This document shows, piece by piece, positions 1 to 12,480 of a stretch of DNA of 64,000 bases. The stretch spans positions 36,084,001 through 36,148,000 of the forward strand of contig NC_086114.1 in NCBI RefSeq assembly GCF_963921235.1. The letters run 5' to 3'. The position numbers and the translations under genes were made by a program. The DNA is from Mobula hypostoma. Taxonomy: Eukaryota. Under the pieces are notes generated by a model. It had not been told where the DNA came from. It searched no databases and saw nothing but the letters and a program-made list of their open reading frames with translations. Each line of letters begins with the position of its first letter. Positions within the stretch are counted from its first letter, which is position 1.

Positions 1-739
1 ACAGGCTCTTGTCCGAGCAGATAACTATACTTATCAATATTCATTCCATTTACTGCATGAGGTTTACAGCCTTTCATTCCTTGGCGATTCAGGCTCTTCT
101 TAAATGTTGTGAGATATGGGGCACCATCAACACTAAATTAAACACTTCCTCGTAATTTTCTCTTTTCTGATTCCATGAGAATACTTCTAGAACCTGCAGA
201 TCCAGATTTCTTAGGAATACAGTCTACATGTGGGATCCTTTCCACATGCTGGACAAGGTACACAGTTAGATGTACACTTGTCATCCAAGTCATCCATTGC
301 TATTGTGCATGGTATCTGGGCAGCCTTGTCAAGATATGCCATCTTTTTCTGTGCCTGCTCCTGACCCTTCATACATAGTTTCAATCACTGAATGTGCCCA
401 CAATATCCTGCTAGGCACAGAACTACAAGTCCTAGATGCTATAGGATACCAAGCAGAGCTACTGTATCTACTCCACAGCTTATGTTAGTGAGCGGACTGT
501 CAAAGAACCTTTCTGGTTCCCTTTGGTGCTGTAGGGAAGGAGATGCACAGACAGAAGCACAGAGAATAAGAACAGGAACATCTTCAAGACCAATCTGCCA
601 TGAGCGATCTTTACAGTTGGAAGTTCATGTAGAGAACATCCACTGCTCTACCCCCATCCGTCTACTTTGGTACCTCATCAAAAACTAAACTGTCCCTAAT
701 AAGTCCTTGCTTTTCCATCTGTGTGTGTGACTGAGATTT

Positions 740-855
740 TTGGTGGAGATGGGAAACCTGGAACGTGCAATCTTCACACAGACGGCACCAGAGATCAGGG
801 GCGCAAGGGTCAGTGGAGCTGTTGGGGAGCGACTCTACCAGCTGTGCCACCTGGG
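740..855 (-). mobile_element. tRNA-derived SINE fragment (V-SINE-like)
   Basis: Minus strand reads ggtggcacagctggtagagtcgct...cagctccactgacc...gtctgtgtgaagattgcacgtt, a tRNA-like head shared with other SINE copies in the window. Confidence 0.55.
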
Positions 856-1457
856 TGTTGGACATTTGCCCAAAGACTCTATTCCCTGTTGCAATTTCAA
901 GAAAGAGCTGCCAACAATTTCCATATCATGAATTTACAGTTATGAAAGTTGCTGCTTCACTTAGTTCCCAATGGGTAGAAATAGAATAAACAGGTTTTAA
1001 AGGCACAGACCACAGTGGCTCTGTTTCTTTAAAATGTATTCATTCTATTCCCACTCACTGCCATTGGCAAGCCCTAGCATGGGGCCAGTCAGAGGCAAGG
1101 GCTCACTTCAAGTATTAAATGAGGAGATCTTACAACTTGCCCTTCACAATTCACATGAATGGAACATTCACAATTCACTGGTTCTGCTATTAACAGTAAT
1201 GGCTAGCAAACTCTTATTGTGGGTTTCACTGAAGAAGCTTGCTATCATTCAACCATTAGCCCCTCACTTTCGTTCCTCAGGTCCCTCATCTCCTTTTCCC
1301 TTATTTTACAAAATGAGCCCATGTTTCAATGCAGATGAAAGATCCGCTTCCCAGAGCTGCTTATTCCCAACATTTTCCAATCCTTTTAGAAGGTTCCCCA
1401 TGTCGATTGCTGCAATGCAGTTTTATGAGGAAGGACAGAAAATCTGACATTCTATAC

Positions 1458-1574
1458 CTGTGAGAGTGATGTCAACAGGTACCACACTCCTCGCTCCTTC
1501 ACGCTGCCCGTGTGGTGCAGGTATTCCTTCTTCAGGTAGATTTCCATCCCATATTGCTTTGAGAGCCTGGAATA
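1458..1574 (-). CDS. Threonine/serine dehydratase (TdcB/IlvA-like), coding exon 3, containing the PLP-binding lysine motif; gene continues past the left edge
   Basis: ttccag acceptor, 117 nt = YSRLSKQYGMEIYLKKEYLHHTGSVKERGVWYLLTSLSQ, GTATAG donor. IYLKxExLxxTGSxKxRG is the Ser/Thr dehydratase PLP-attachment signature. Phase 0 agrees with exon 2. Confidence 0.93.
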
Positions 1575-1784
1575 CTGGAATTAATCAATTTGTTCATGTG
1601 ATTTCAAGATCTTTGTTCTTATCAGACTTCTGCTGACAAGTTGTTCACACCTGTCAAAAGTACTACAGACAACTCTGGAAGACCAAGAGCTGAAACTAAA
1701 TCTATAATTGCATAATAGGCCAGATACAAAGAGCGCTGGGAATTTAGTGTTAAACTTGCGTGTGCTGTAGTATTCTAATATGGT

Positions 1785-1990
1785 CATGAGTTCAAGTCCC
1801 GCTCCAGTACAGTGCAGTACTGGAGTATCACACTGTCAGATGTGAGCTCTGTACCTTCTTGCTAGACGGAAAAACATCAATAGTTAGTGAGTAAGGGTGT
1901 TCTCTTGACTGATGTTAATACTCTAACAATATAAAAATGGATTTATTACAGTGTGTGGGAGTTTGTAGAGCATTTATGATGCAGTGGCTT
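1785..1990 (+). mobile_element. Old Deu-domain-type SINE remnant
   Basis: gagttcaagtccc box-B-like head followed by cagtgcagtactg...cactgtcaga; related remnants near 5320, 8450, 14400 and 39300. Confidence 0.4.
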
Positions 1991-2108
1991 TGTTCCTACA
2001 GGAATTTCACTTGTTACTTACAACTCTGCCAGGACTTGGAGAAACCAAACTTCTGCCTTTAGCCTCAATGACAGTGCTAGGAAATGCAGGAAATGAAGCA
2101 GAACCTAC

Positions 2109-2457
2109 CGTGCAAGGGGTTTTCTGGATTCCATGCTGGATTTTAAAGGCTGCTGCCCTAATGTCCTCAAATGGAGCTTGACTGCTGCTTGCTTCAGGAG
2201 ACTTGCTGGTCTTTTGTGGTGGCACATTCTGGGCAGTGCTGAGCAGTTTCTCTGAGTGGCCTGTTACTGTCACTTCCCAAGTCTTAACATCTTTGCCCAG
2301 GTACTCATCCTCCCCGAAGTCCTTAAGCCTTTCTGGGTTTATAGACCTCTGCCGAAGTCCCGGATATCCATTCCTGATCGGGTCAACCCTCTGCCTTTGG
2401 GAATCATCTCTCACGGGCTGATGCCTCTGCTGATCTCTTTCCACACCACTGTGCCAA
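2109..2457 (-). CDS. Threonine/serine dehydratase (TdcB/IlvA-like), coding exon 2
   Basis: Acceptor tttgcag at 2458-2464. Open frame ...PERLKDFGEDEY...PFEDIRAAAFKIQHGIQKTPCT, then GTAGGT donor at 2108. The ending matches the D-I-x-x-A-x-x-R/K-I...TP start of fold-type II PLP enzymes. Confidence 0.9.
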
Positions 2458-2599
2458 CTGCAAATTAAGACATGATGATGTAAGGCATGAATGCTAGGAA
2501 TTCTTTCCAGGGAAATGGCTTTCCTTTACTCACAGTGTCTTATCTAATAGAGTTGCTGCTTCTCTGCTTCAACAACCTGGATTTACAGCACTAGCCATG

Positions 2600-2870
2600 A
2601 GATTGGGGTTCGGTTCCCACCATTTGTACATTTTCCACGTGACTGCGTGGGTTTCCTCTGGGTGCTCTGGTCTCCTCCAACATTCCAAAGATGTGCAGGT
2701 TAGGGTTAGTGAGTAGTAGCAATGCTATGCCGGCCCCTAATGGCACTTGTGGGCTGCCCTTCACAATTCTCGCTGATTTGATTTGACACAAACCACGCAT
2801 TTCACTGTATGTTTTGATGTACTGTACATGTGCGAAGTAAAGCTAATCTCTCTCTAACCTTTAATGTTAG
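2600..2870 (+). mobile_element. V-SINE-like tRNA-derived SINE
   Basis: Core gcgtgggtttcctctgggtgctctggtctcctcc..cattccaaaga; 3' tail taaagctaatctct. Confidence 0.7.
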
Positions 2871-4334
2871 CCGATAACTCACTTAAATTAAAGGCAACAA
2901 CAGCGTGCATTTTTACAGTGCTTCTAATGTACTGAACTCAACCAGGAATCACAGTAAAACAACATTTGGCATTAAGTGAGTGAGATTCTAAAATGTGATC
3001 AAATCAGTAGGTGGAGGTAATGAGATGGGATTTAGAGAGGGAATTCCAGAGCTTTCAGGTCTGGAAATGTTCCGTGACATGTCCATGCTGATTTGTGAAT
3101 CTGGAATGGGAGGGGTGTAAAGGAGGATGAACTGGGGCGAAGCGGACGGAATGCCACCCATAATCATTATTAAGCATACAATGGAGACATAGTGAGCACG
3201 GGACTGGGTTAGGCTAGGCAGCTGCCCACCGAGCAGTTGAGCACGCTTTATGGAACCCACTGTCAATAGGATATTGTTGTTGGTGTTCTGCCAAGTACCA
3301 GAGTCTCAATGATAGCTACAGACCTGTGTTAGTGGGAGATGACCTCACTTATAGGAAGATTGGACAACTCCAGACTGAATTGAAATGACAGCACAATGTT
3401 AGAAATTCCGTTGCATGGTTAGCGTCAGGGCAAGAGGGGGAAAGGCAGTCCTCCTCACTCCTCCCCAGGCCAAAGTCGTGATCGCTCCTGCAGATGGAAT
3501 TGTGTAGGAATCCAATGGAACCAGGAGTCAGAGCCAAAAGAACAGAAGCTGAAAAGAAATGATGCTTCTACGATATAATCCTACGGTTGAAGTCAGACTC
3601 ATTCAGAGAAAATGTGGAGTAAACGGGGTTATCTTCACAAGTCTGGAATTGGCAATCTTTTTCATTATTGAACTATTTCAGTGATAACAATGAGCTTCTT
3701 CCAATTTGACTCCTTTGATAGAAATAAAGCTTGCCACATTAAATGAAAACAATGTGATGTGAGTCCACTTGTACCCAACAGGAGCTTTCATGCCGATCCG
3801 CTAATCGGGATCCTACAGTGTGCTTCAAAGCCATTTAAGTGGAACCATGGTTTGTGCAGTGAGTGTCACTTTCTTACTCCTGTTAGCATTCTCATAATCA
3901 ACAGTTCCAAATACCTGAAGCATACTCTACTGGGAAAGGAGTTCCAACAAACCTTGCACTATTAAATTGTGTTTTCAAACTTAGGGACCTTTCCTTGATC
4001 TTCTCCTACTTAATCTTGTGATTCATATGTCTCTGGGCTGATGTTTATATCAGAGTTATAAAAAAAAACTTAGTAAGGTGTGAGGAGTAACTCTGCCTAG
4101 AATGTAGCTTTTCCACAATTTTTATCAAAGTGGCCAACCATTTAAGTTCCTGTCCTGTGTTCATCTGACAGATATTCTTCTTCCGGTCACATTGTGTCCC
4201 CTGAGAAAATACATGTAATTATGTGAAGACATACACACAGACAGCCCTTACAGACAGCAGTGGGAATTGGAACCACTGGCACAGTAACGCGATTGTGCTA
4301 GCCACTATGCTACCGTGCCACATGGTTTAAATAT

Positions 4335-4820
4335 GAACTCGGAGAGAACACAGAGAGTAGTGGATACGGCCCAGCCCATCACGGGTAAAACCCTCCCCAT
4401 CACTGAGCACATCTGCAAGGAAAAAGGTATCCATCATCAAGGACCCCCACCATCTAGGCCATGCTTTCTCCTCGTTGCTGCCATCAAGAAGGAGGTACAG
4501 GAGCCTCGGGTCGGGAACAGTTATTACCCATCATCCATCAGGCTCCTGAACCAGAGGGGTTAACTTCACTCACCCCAACACTGAACTGGTTTCACAACCT
4601 ATGAACTCACTTTCAACAACTCTACAACTCATGTTCTCAATACTATTTATTTATTTATTATTTTGTTCTTCTTTTTATACATGTACGATTTGTTGTCTTT
4701 TGCACATTTGCTGTTTGTGTGTATTTGTGTGTAGCTTTTCATTAATTCGATTGTGTTTCTTTGTATCTACTGTGAATGTCTGCAAGAAAATGTATCTCAG
4801 GGTAGTATACTGCATCTAAT
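4335..4820 (+). mobile_element. Rex1/Babar LINE 3' fragment
   Basis: QRVVDTAQPITG..LP and NSYYPSSIRLLN C-terminal motifs plus the family 3'UTR. Confidence 0.7.
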
Positions 4821-6931
4821 CAGCCTCCCCAGCCATTCACAGTAAGGAACTCCAGAGATACATCATCCTTTAAAAAACAAATTTCTGATTCACTTTTTAA
4901 CTCACTGTCCCTTTGTAACCATGTCTGCTTGTTCAAGACTCCCCCATCCACTCTTTCATGATCTTTTAGTATCCTACAAGTTTGAGAGAATCACCCCTTA
5001 TTCCTCTGGACCGGCTGCCTTATCACTGGAGCTTTAATGTGTTTGAATAAATTAAGCAGATTAATCTCTTTAAGAATTGACGTCTCTGCTGTGGGCTAAG
5101 CAAAGCTGCAAGTAAACAAAGCCAGTTAGAAACAGCATAAAGTAGGGCAGAGCTATCAAATAATTGAAAAATACATGTCACAAAACAGAAGACATTTATG
5201 TGCTACTTGTTCTCATCTGTAGCTGAATTGTCTGCCAGCATCCATGTAGTTCTAATCAACAGGTAACAAACTGCTGATCGGATACGGTGGATTGACAATG
5301 TACTTTAGTCAACAGAAGTTCCGTCTCCTCAGTCAGAAGGTGAAGGGTTCAAGGCCTCTTCCAGGCGCTAAGTGGCTGATTGGAAGTGAGGACATGATCT
5401 CCAAAAAATAGATTAATAATCAGCAAGGGATTCTCGAACAAAGAGTATGCTTGCTATCTTGGTGGTGGGCTCCCTATCTCAGAGTCAAAAGTGACCCATG
5501 TGGAGTACAGATTCGGGGTTAGAGGATTTCAGTACCCCTGGAGGATTTTTATAAGCAGCAAAAGGTGCTGAAGAAAGCTGACGTCCTGAGTAATCTTGCA
5601 GTGTGTTTCATAACAGAACAGACATTACAATACCAATACAGATATTCAGGTCACAGATATTCATATTACAGTTTGTGATTAGTTTTCCTTTCACTTGAAC
5701 ATTTTATCAATCAGTAAAGAATGGGTGGTGAAAACTGATTCAGTAGTAACTTTCAAAGAGTCGCATTGTTCAGATACTTGAAAATTACAGAGTGATGATG
5801 ACGGAGCAGGAAAATCAGAACAAAAAGCACAGGGGTGGAGGGGACACATTATTTCATTCAGCACCAAGTAGTAGTGTCATTTCATGCAGTTGTTCAGCTT
5901 TGCAGTCTGTAGCTACTGATCAGGCTGGGAATTATATTGCAAATTTGATAATGATAAAATGCATCCTGTCAGTATGTAACCAAGTCAAATTACTGTATCT
6001 GTTGTAAATCTGAAATAAAACAGAACATGCTCGAAACACACTGCAAGTTGAAGAGAGAAACAGTGAGTAATTCAACTCATATCCCTTCATTGAATCAGAG
6101 CAATGTAAACACAGAGGGAACTTCCTGTTAGCTGCTTCCAACCCCCTGACCTAACTCGGGTGATAGATAGCTTACAATCAGAGGCACCCGCAAATGGTCA
6201 TTCAAGTTATAGTTCCCAGTCTTCACCCATCCCCTGTCTGAGAATGTCTACCATTTTCATTGCCAACAAAAAACATTCGCTGGCCAGTCAGTATCCGTAA
6301 AGTCGGATAGCCTTTCGGATGTGGATCATCCATCAACACTGAAGGCTAAGCCAAATTCTGTATACAGTAAAATGTTGAGGAAATGACAGATACTTTGTGA
6401 ATACTAGAGAAATTTCTTTCTCATTTAGCCAAAAAAATACTATCTGTCCTGTTTTGAACTGTAAGGGTTAGACAAGCCCTTATATAGATCTCCATGAAGT
6501 TAATTTAAAAAAACTTAGAATTACATGTACTTTACTGTAAACGATAGATTATACAGTCCACCCAGTCAAACAGGTGTTTACCCGAATATGAGAAATTCTG
6601 AATCCAAAGCCCATTGTTGTCTTTACCCTTTGCTCTTTTGCATTAACCACCCATCTAAATCTCTTTCACTTAATTTTATAGCCATATTCTCTTTCTCTGG
6701 GCCCTTCAACCACGGGCTCCCATCAAATTATTGTGGCAAGAATAAAGAAATGAAGCAGAACCCTAGTAAACTATAGTGGGAGGAAGGAGGAGGAGAGGCC
6801 CCACTTTCAACCTGGTGTGTGCCCTGAAGTTTTGGCTGTAACACAGTGGTGTTCCCTACAAGACACAGTTTTCAAGGGATACACAATTCTGAAACATTGC
6901 CTATTCCTAAAAATAGTAAGTTCAACCCAAC

Positions 6932-7032
6932 CTTCTCCAAAAGGGATCATATTCCTCTTCTTCTGAAGAAGTCTTCTTGAGCGCTTTAATGCTCTTGGAC
7001 TTTGAAAACAGAAACTGGGCAATGAGGTTCAT
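6932..7032 (-). CDS. Threonine/serine dehydratase (TdcB/IlvA-like), coding exon 1
   Basis: Minus strand ATG at 7032 reads MNLIAQFLFSKSKSIKALKKTSSEEEEYDPFWR + AG, then GT donor at 6931-6930 (weak, GTTGGG). The phase-2 end matches the 1-nt carry at the next exon. The MNxxAQF and EEYDPFW motifs resemble the N-terminus of fish TdcB-like proteins as I recall them. Confidence 0.8.
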
Positions 7033-8631
7033 ATTTCCCACGAGATGTGGACACAGAATACCACACAGGAGAAAACTGATGTTAGCAGATACTTGTTCTC
7101 TTCAATTCTTTTATATAAAAAAACAAAGTGTTGCACTTGAACCGATTTCAACTTCAATACCACCAACCTACTTGCGATGACTGTGGGTGACAGTACTGAT
7201 GCTATTATTTAAAGAGATTATTCTACCTGTCAAACCGTCTCTATCAATTTGACAAATCCTCAGTTACATCTAACCTCCTCACTGAGCAGCGCTGCTAAAG
7301 CTTTGAAGATTTACTAAGAAGGGAGCTCAATGAGGAAGTATTTTGAGATGATTATTTATAACTGCACTCTGTTTAATGCACAGAATTACAGAATCAATTA
7401 AATATTTGATGTTTTAAAGACATTCTTATACTGAGGACATTCCAATGCCTCGATAGGTAAATAAGCTGCTTCACATTTTGGATAAAGTTAGAGTCAAGGA
7501 CACAGAGCGCACAGAAACAGACCCTTTCACCCAACCATGAAAAGAGGTGTCACAATTATCTGTAGTATTTTGTAGAAAGAGTCCACTCTAGTCAGTGTTT
7601 AGGAAGAGGGGTTCCTCTGTACTCAGTGTTTAGGGAGAGAGATTCTATTATTCAGTAAATATGGTAACTTTTTTTCCCACAGTGAATCAAGCCAGAAAAA
7701 GCAAATTCAACTCTGATTCCTGATTCTGATTGTGAATGAATGTTTGTGTTGGTGCTGCATGTGATTGAAGGATCCCATTTCCGTTTTGCAGGGTGAACCT
7801 GTGTTCAAAGACCTAGAACAGCCACTTGGGTGAAATGCTGCAGATCCCGTGATCCCTTGCGTAAGTGCATCACAGCACAAACTAGAGATCTAGAGATACC
7901 ACAAACTGAGATGAAATAACAATATTTCTGAATAAATTAAAAGCCTTCATTTCACTCCTACCATATTGTTACAAATCCAGTATTCCATGTCCTTAATGCA
8001 CTTCCTCAACTGACAGAAACCAAGAAAAATGTTAATTCATCTGTTTTAGAAATCCCACTTTTACCACCAGTGTGGACACCATCAGATTAATCTTTCTACC
8101 AGGATAAGAACTCTTAAGGGGAGAAAGTCTGTGGTAGGCTTCTCTCCATTCTCTGGGACAGTTAACCAATACGCTGGAATAATAATCCAATTTATAAGGC
8201 ACGCCTCTAATTCATTGTAGTCTTCTCTGCAGTCCCACCAGGGCACAACCAGTCAATGATTATTTGTCTGCTTTGAAGTTGCATTTACAATGTCAGAAAT
8301 ATTCCAGACAATTTGTACACAGGAAGAACCCACCGTTAGTGACAAAGGGCAGTTAAACTGTTTTAAGTTTATATTGGTTTTATGATGGCTTTGGGCAGCA
8401 TACCAATTATAAATGACACTTCTACCTGAAGGAGCTGAGGTTTTGGTTTAACTCATCATCTGAGTAACGATAGCTAGAATGCTGTACCACTTCCTCAGCG
8501 TGGCCCTCTCTGCTTTCGCGATCAATTGAACCCAGCGTTAGGATTACTAATCCAGTGGAATAAGTATACATCACTTTAATCTGAATCAAAGAATGCTTCT
8601 CATGGATAGAAAATGGGATTAATGTAGGATT

Positions 8632-9490
8632 CTACACGCATGACTGTGTGGCTAGCCATAGCTCAAATGCCATGTATAAATCTGCTGCTGATACAACCAT
8701 CGTTGGCAGAATCTCAGATGCTGAGATGTACCAGTTAGTTGAGTGGTGTTGCAATAACAACCTTGTATTCGATGTCAACAAGACCAAAGAGCTGATTATG
8801 GACTTCAGGAAGGGTAAGACGAGGGAACACAAACCAATCCTCATAGAGGGATCAGAAGTGGAGAGAGTGAGCAATTTCAAGCTCTTGGGTGTCAATATCT
8901 CTGAAGACCTAACCTGGACGCAACATACTGATGCAGTTATAAAGAAGGCAAGACAGCAGCTATATTGCATTGGGAGTTTGAGGAGATTTGTTTTGTCAAC
9001 TAAAACACTCGAAAATTTCTATGAATGCACAGTGGAGAGTATTCTGACTGCCTGCATCACGGTCTAGTATGGGTGGGTGGGGACTACTGCACAAGATCGA
9101 AGTAGGTTACAGAAATTAGTAAAATTAGTCAGCTCCATCATGGGTACCAGCCTCCGTAGTATCCAAGACATCTTCAAGGAGCGGTGCCTTTGAGAGGTGG
9201 CGTTCATCATTAAGGAACTCCACTGCCCAGGATGTACCCTCTTCTCTTTGTTACCATTGGGAAGGAGGTACAGAAGCCTGAAGGCACACACTCAGTGATT
9301 CAGGAACAGCTTCCTCCCCTCTGCCTGCCGATTTCTAGATGGACATTGAACCCGTGAACACTACCTTACTAGTTTTTTTGTTTGGTTTTTGCACAACCTA
9401 TTTTTAACTTAACTATTTAATAGACGTACTGCTGCTGTCAAGTTAACAAATTTTACAACATATGCTGGTGATATTAAACCTGATTCTGAC
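8632..9490 (+). mobile_element. Rex1/Babar LINE, 5'-truncated, degraded RT
   Basis: YTHDCVA..YKSAADTT (YKFADD variant), NKTKELIMDFRK, ESILT.CIT; 3' tail attaaacctgattctga. Confidence 0.8.
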
Positions 9491-9879
9491 TGGCATAAGG
9501 AGGTGGTCAGCATGGACTCAATGGGCTGAAGGGCCTCTTTCCCTGCTGTATCTCTCTATGTTTCTATGGTGCCTATCATTTAGTGTCTGAACAGTCACCT
9601 TCTGACTGAATGATAAATACCCTTTGTCTCTGCAGAATCACGAGTCAGTAAGAACAAAGTCAAATGCTACAGGAAATGTTGAATCAAAAGAGGAATGTGC
9701 CAGAAAAACTCAGTAGGCCATGCAGCACCTGTACTGAGAAACCCGGCAGCATTTCCTTTCTGTGAACCTTAGTCAGCCAAGAGCCTCAGCAATAATCCAG
9801 GGCATGAGATGAACTATTGAAATTATAAAGCACTCTTCACTTCCTAAGCCTTATATACACGGACACAAAAGACATAAGA

Positions 9880-10200
9880 GACTCTGCAGATACTGGAAAT
9901 TGGAGCAACACACACAGAATATAGAGATAGAAAAAAGGGATCAGCCGTGATTGAATGGTGGAGCAGACTCGATGGGCCAGGTGACCTAATTCTGCTCCTA
10001 TGTCTTATGGTCTTGTGGTCTAAAAGTGCTGGAGGAACTCAGCAGGTCAGACAACATCTATGGAGGGAAATGAACAGTCAATATTTCAGGCTGAAACCCA
10101 AAACACCTGATGAAGGGACTTGGCCCAAATTGTTGACTTCCTTTCCCTCCATAGATGCTGCCTGACCTGCTGAGTTCCTCCAGCATTTTGTGTGTTGCTC
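9880..10200. mobile_element. Palindromic Penelope-terminal-repeat-derived element interrupted by a CR1 3' tail (~9920-10020)
   Basis: tgctggaggaactcagcaggtcag...atctatggagggaaa pairs in inverted orientation with tttccctccatagatgctgcctgacctgctgagttcctccagca; degenerate hammerhead core ctgatgaaggg at ~10107. Confidence 0.7.
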
Positions 10201-10239
10201 AAGCCTTACATGCATTTTCTTTTTCTTCTTGAGTGAATT

Positions 10240-11830
10240 TACTACCTCTCTCAACAAGCAAGGTTCCCTGATGTTCCCATCCTTGTCCTTCCTTCTTACT
10301 GGAAAATATTCTGTGCCCTGTGCATGTCAGATGTGGACTTGCCCAAGAACAATTACTTAAATTAACTTTCCCTAGTTCCTGCCGAATACTCTCATTATTT
10401 GCTCTGCTCCTATTTAATACTCTCCTGCAAGGTCCATAAATATATTATTAACATAAAATTAAGGAGTTTTAAGCACTGTTTCCTACTTATTCTCTCACTA
10501 AGGTCAGTCATCTGGCCAGGCTCATTACCTAACACCTGGTCTAGTATGGCAACCCTTTTGTTGGACTATCTACATATGTATTGATTCAAGAAACTCTCCT
10601 GGTTGTATCTAACAAATTCTGCTCCATCTAAACCTCTTGCACCAAAGAGGTCCAGTCTATTTTAGGGAAGTTGAAGCCACCCATAAAAAACAACGCTGTT
10701 GTCTTTACACCTTCCAAAATCTTCCCCTCAATGTCACCATGGTTAATGGAATGTCTGTAGTATTATCCCATCAGAGTCATTGCACCTTTCTTATTTTTGA
10801 GTTCTACCCCTATAGACTCAGTAGATGAGCCCTCCATTATGTTCCCTTCACTATCTTTTCTAAAATATCAAAACCCTGATACATTAAGCATCTATTCCTG
10901 ACCCTCTCTCAACCAAGTCTCTATTATGGCCACAACATTATAGTTCCATGTATTGATCCATACTCTGTTCATCGCTGAACTTAGCATTCCTAGTATTCAA
11001 ATGAACGCACTTCAACCTGTCATCCCATTGTGTCGATTGCTCTTACCTGTTTTACTGATTGAGACATCTGCCTTCCTTTCAATCCTTCCACTTTCTGACC
11101 TGGTTCTCTCGCTCCCCTCCCCCTGCCAAACTAGTATAAACTCTCCTGATAGGAGCATTAGCAAATCTTCCGGCCAGGATATTGGTTCCCCTCCAGTTAA
11201 GGCCCAACCTGTCCCTCTTGTACAGGTCATCTCTGCCCAATGATTTAAGAACCTGAAACTCTGTCCCAGTACCAGTTCCTCTGCCTTTCAATTAAACTGT
11301 TTATATTCCTGCCCTGATTAGCATGTGGCACCAGGAGTTATCCAGAGATTATTACCTTCAAGGCCCTGCTTTGCAGCCTCTTTTGCAACTGCCTATACTC
11401 TCTGAGTCGGGCCTCTTCACCCTTTCTCCCTATGTCATTGGGGCCAATGTGCACTGCAATCTCTAGCTACTTCCCCTCCCTATTGAGAATGTTCTGCAAC
11501 CACTCTGAGACATCCTCGAACCTGGCACCCAGGAGGCAACACACCACCCCGGTGTCTCTTTCATAGACACAGAATCTCTGCCTGTCCCCTTAACTATCAA
11601 GTCTCCTATCACTATTGCTCTGCCAGATTTGCCCTTCTCTGCTGACCCTCGGAGCTGCCCACAGTGCCATTAACCAGGCTGCTGCTGTGCTCTGAAAGGT
11701 CATCTCCCCCTGCCCCACCCCAGTGGTGCTCAAAGGGGTATAGTTGTTGCTGAGGGGAATGACCACAGGCGAACCCACTCCCCTTACTTCTCCTGCTGGT
11801 CATCCTTCTATATGAAGCCTGTATCTTGGG
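10240..11830 (-). mobile_element. CR1 LINE 5' region (ORF1 SGNH-esterase-like part and start of ORF2), degraded
   Basis: DDLYKRDRLGLNWRGTNILAGRFANA matches the CR1 ORF1 esterase end also seen at ~41700; IPLSNNYTPLST motif. Confidence 0.7.
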
Positions 11831-12121
11831 TGAGACCGCGTCAGTAGAAGTCTCATTTATGAAGCCCTCTGTCATGACCCCTGAGACTTGCCATAGACGT
11901 TGAGCTTCTCTAGTTTTTGAGCACCTGTATTTACTAATCAATATCTTAACTAGAGTTGTTAAGCCCTTGTTTTTTTAGTTTAATCTTCTCAAGTTAATTG
12001 TGGCTGCACTTATTTCCCAGATTCTATGATTATTTCAAGAAATCTTTCATTCAGTGCCTTTTTATCCCACTGTAGCCCTCTTGGTAACCCCTCCTTGGTT
12101 TGTTTCCAATGTTGAGTCGAG

Positions 12122-12480
12122 GGCCTCCGTCAGTCAGAGTTGGCCATGGATGTTGCATTCTAGCTGTCTAGATATACAAGCCTGGACAGTACCATATGGA
12201 GAGCAAACTGTTGCCCGTGTAGCAAGCTACCCCTCTCCACACATCTGATCAACCCAAAGGAACGGCAGAGATCGATACAGTTTGTACAACGGTGTCGCAG
12301 GAGTTGCCCATCAACATTGAACTCAATGTAAGACTGCCTCAAGGACTTCAGCTCCAGATATTTCCCTTAGGGTTTATTCCCAAAGCCTTCCCCGTGAATG
12401 GGTATAGCCACAAGGCAGCAGAGGCTTGAGATCGAAGTTTTCCTTCTCCTAGATGAGCTGCCAACCACGGCTGATGAGCC
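12122..12480 (-). mobile_element. Non-autonomous retroposon, possibly RTE-related; inverted homologue of 15873-16216
   Basis: Reverse-complement similarity to the 15670-16216 copy, e.g. ctcctagatgagct / agctcatctaggag and tagctgtctagata / tatctagacagcta. Confidence 0.55.

Noticed and set aside
3349-3550. Possible extra minus-strand exon in dehydratase intron 1 (good ttttcag acceptor)
   Set aside because: No recognisable protein similarity, the listed frame ends in a stop, and exons 1 and 2 already join in phase.
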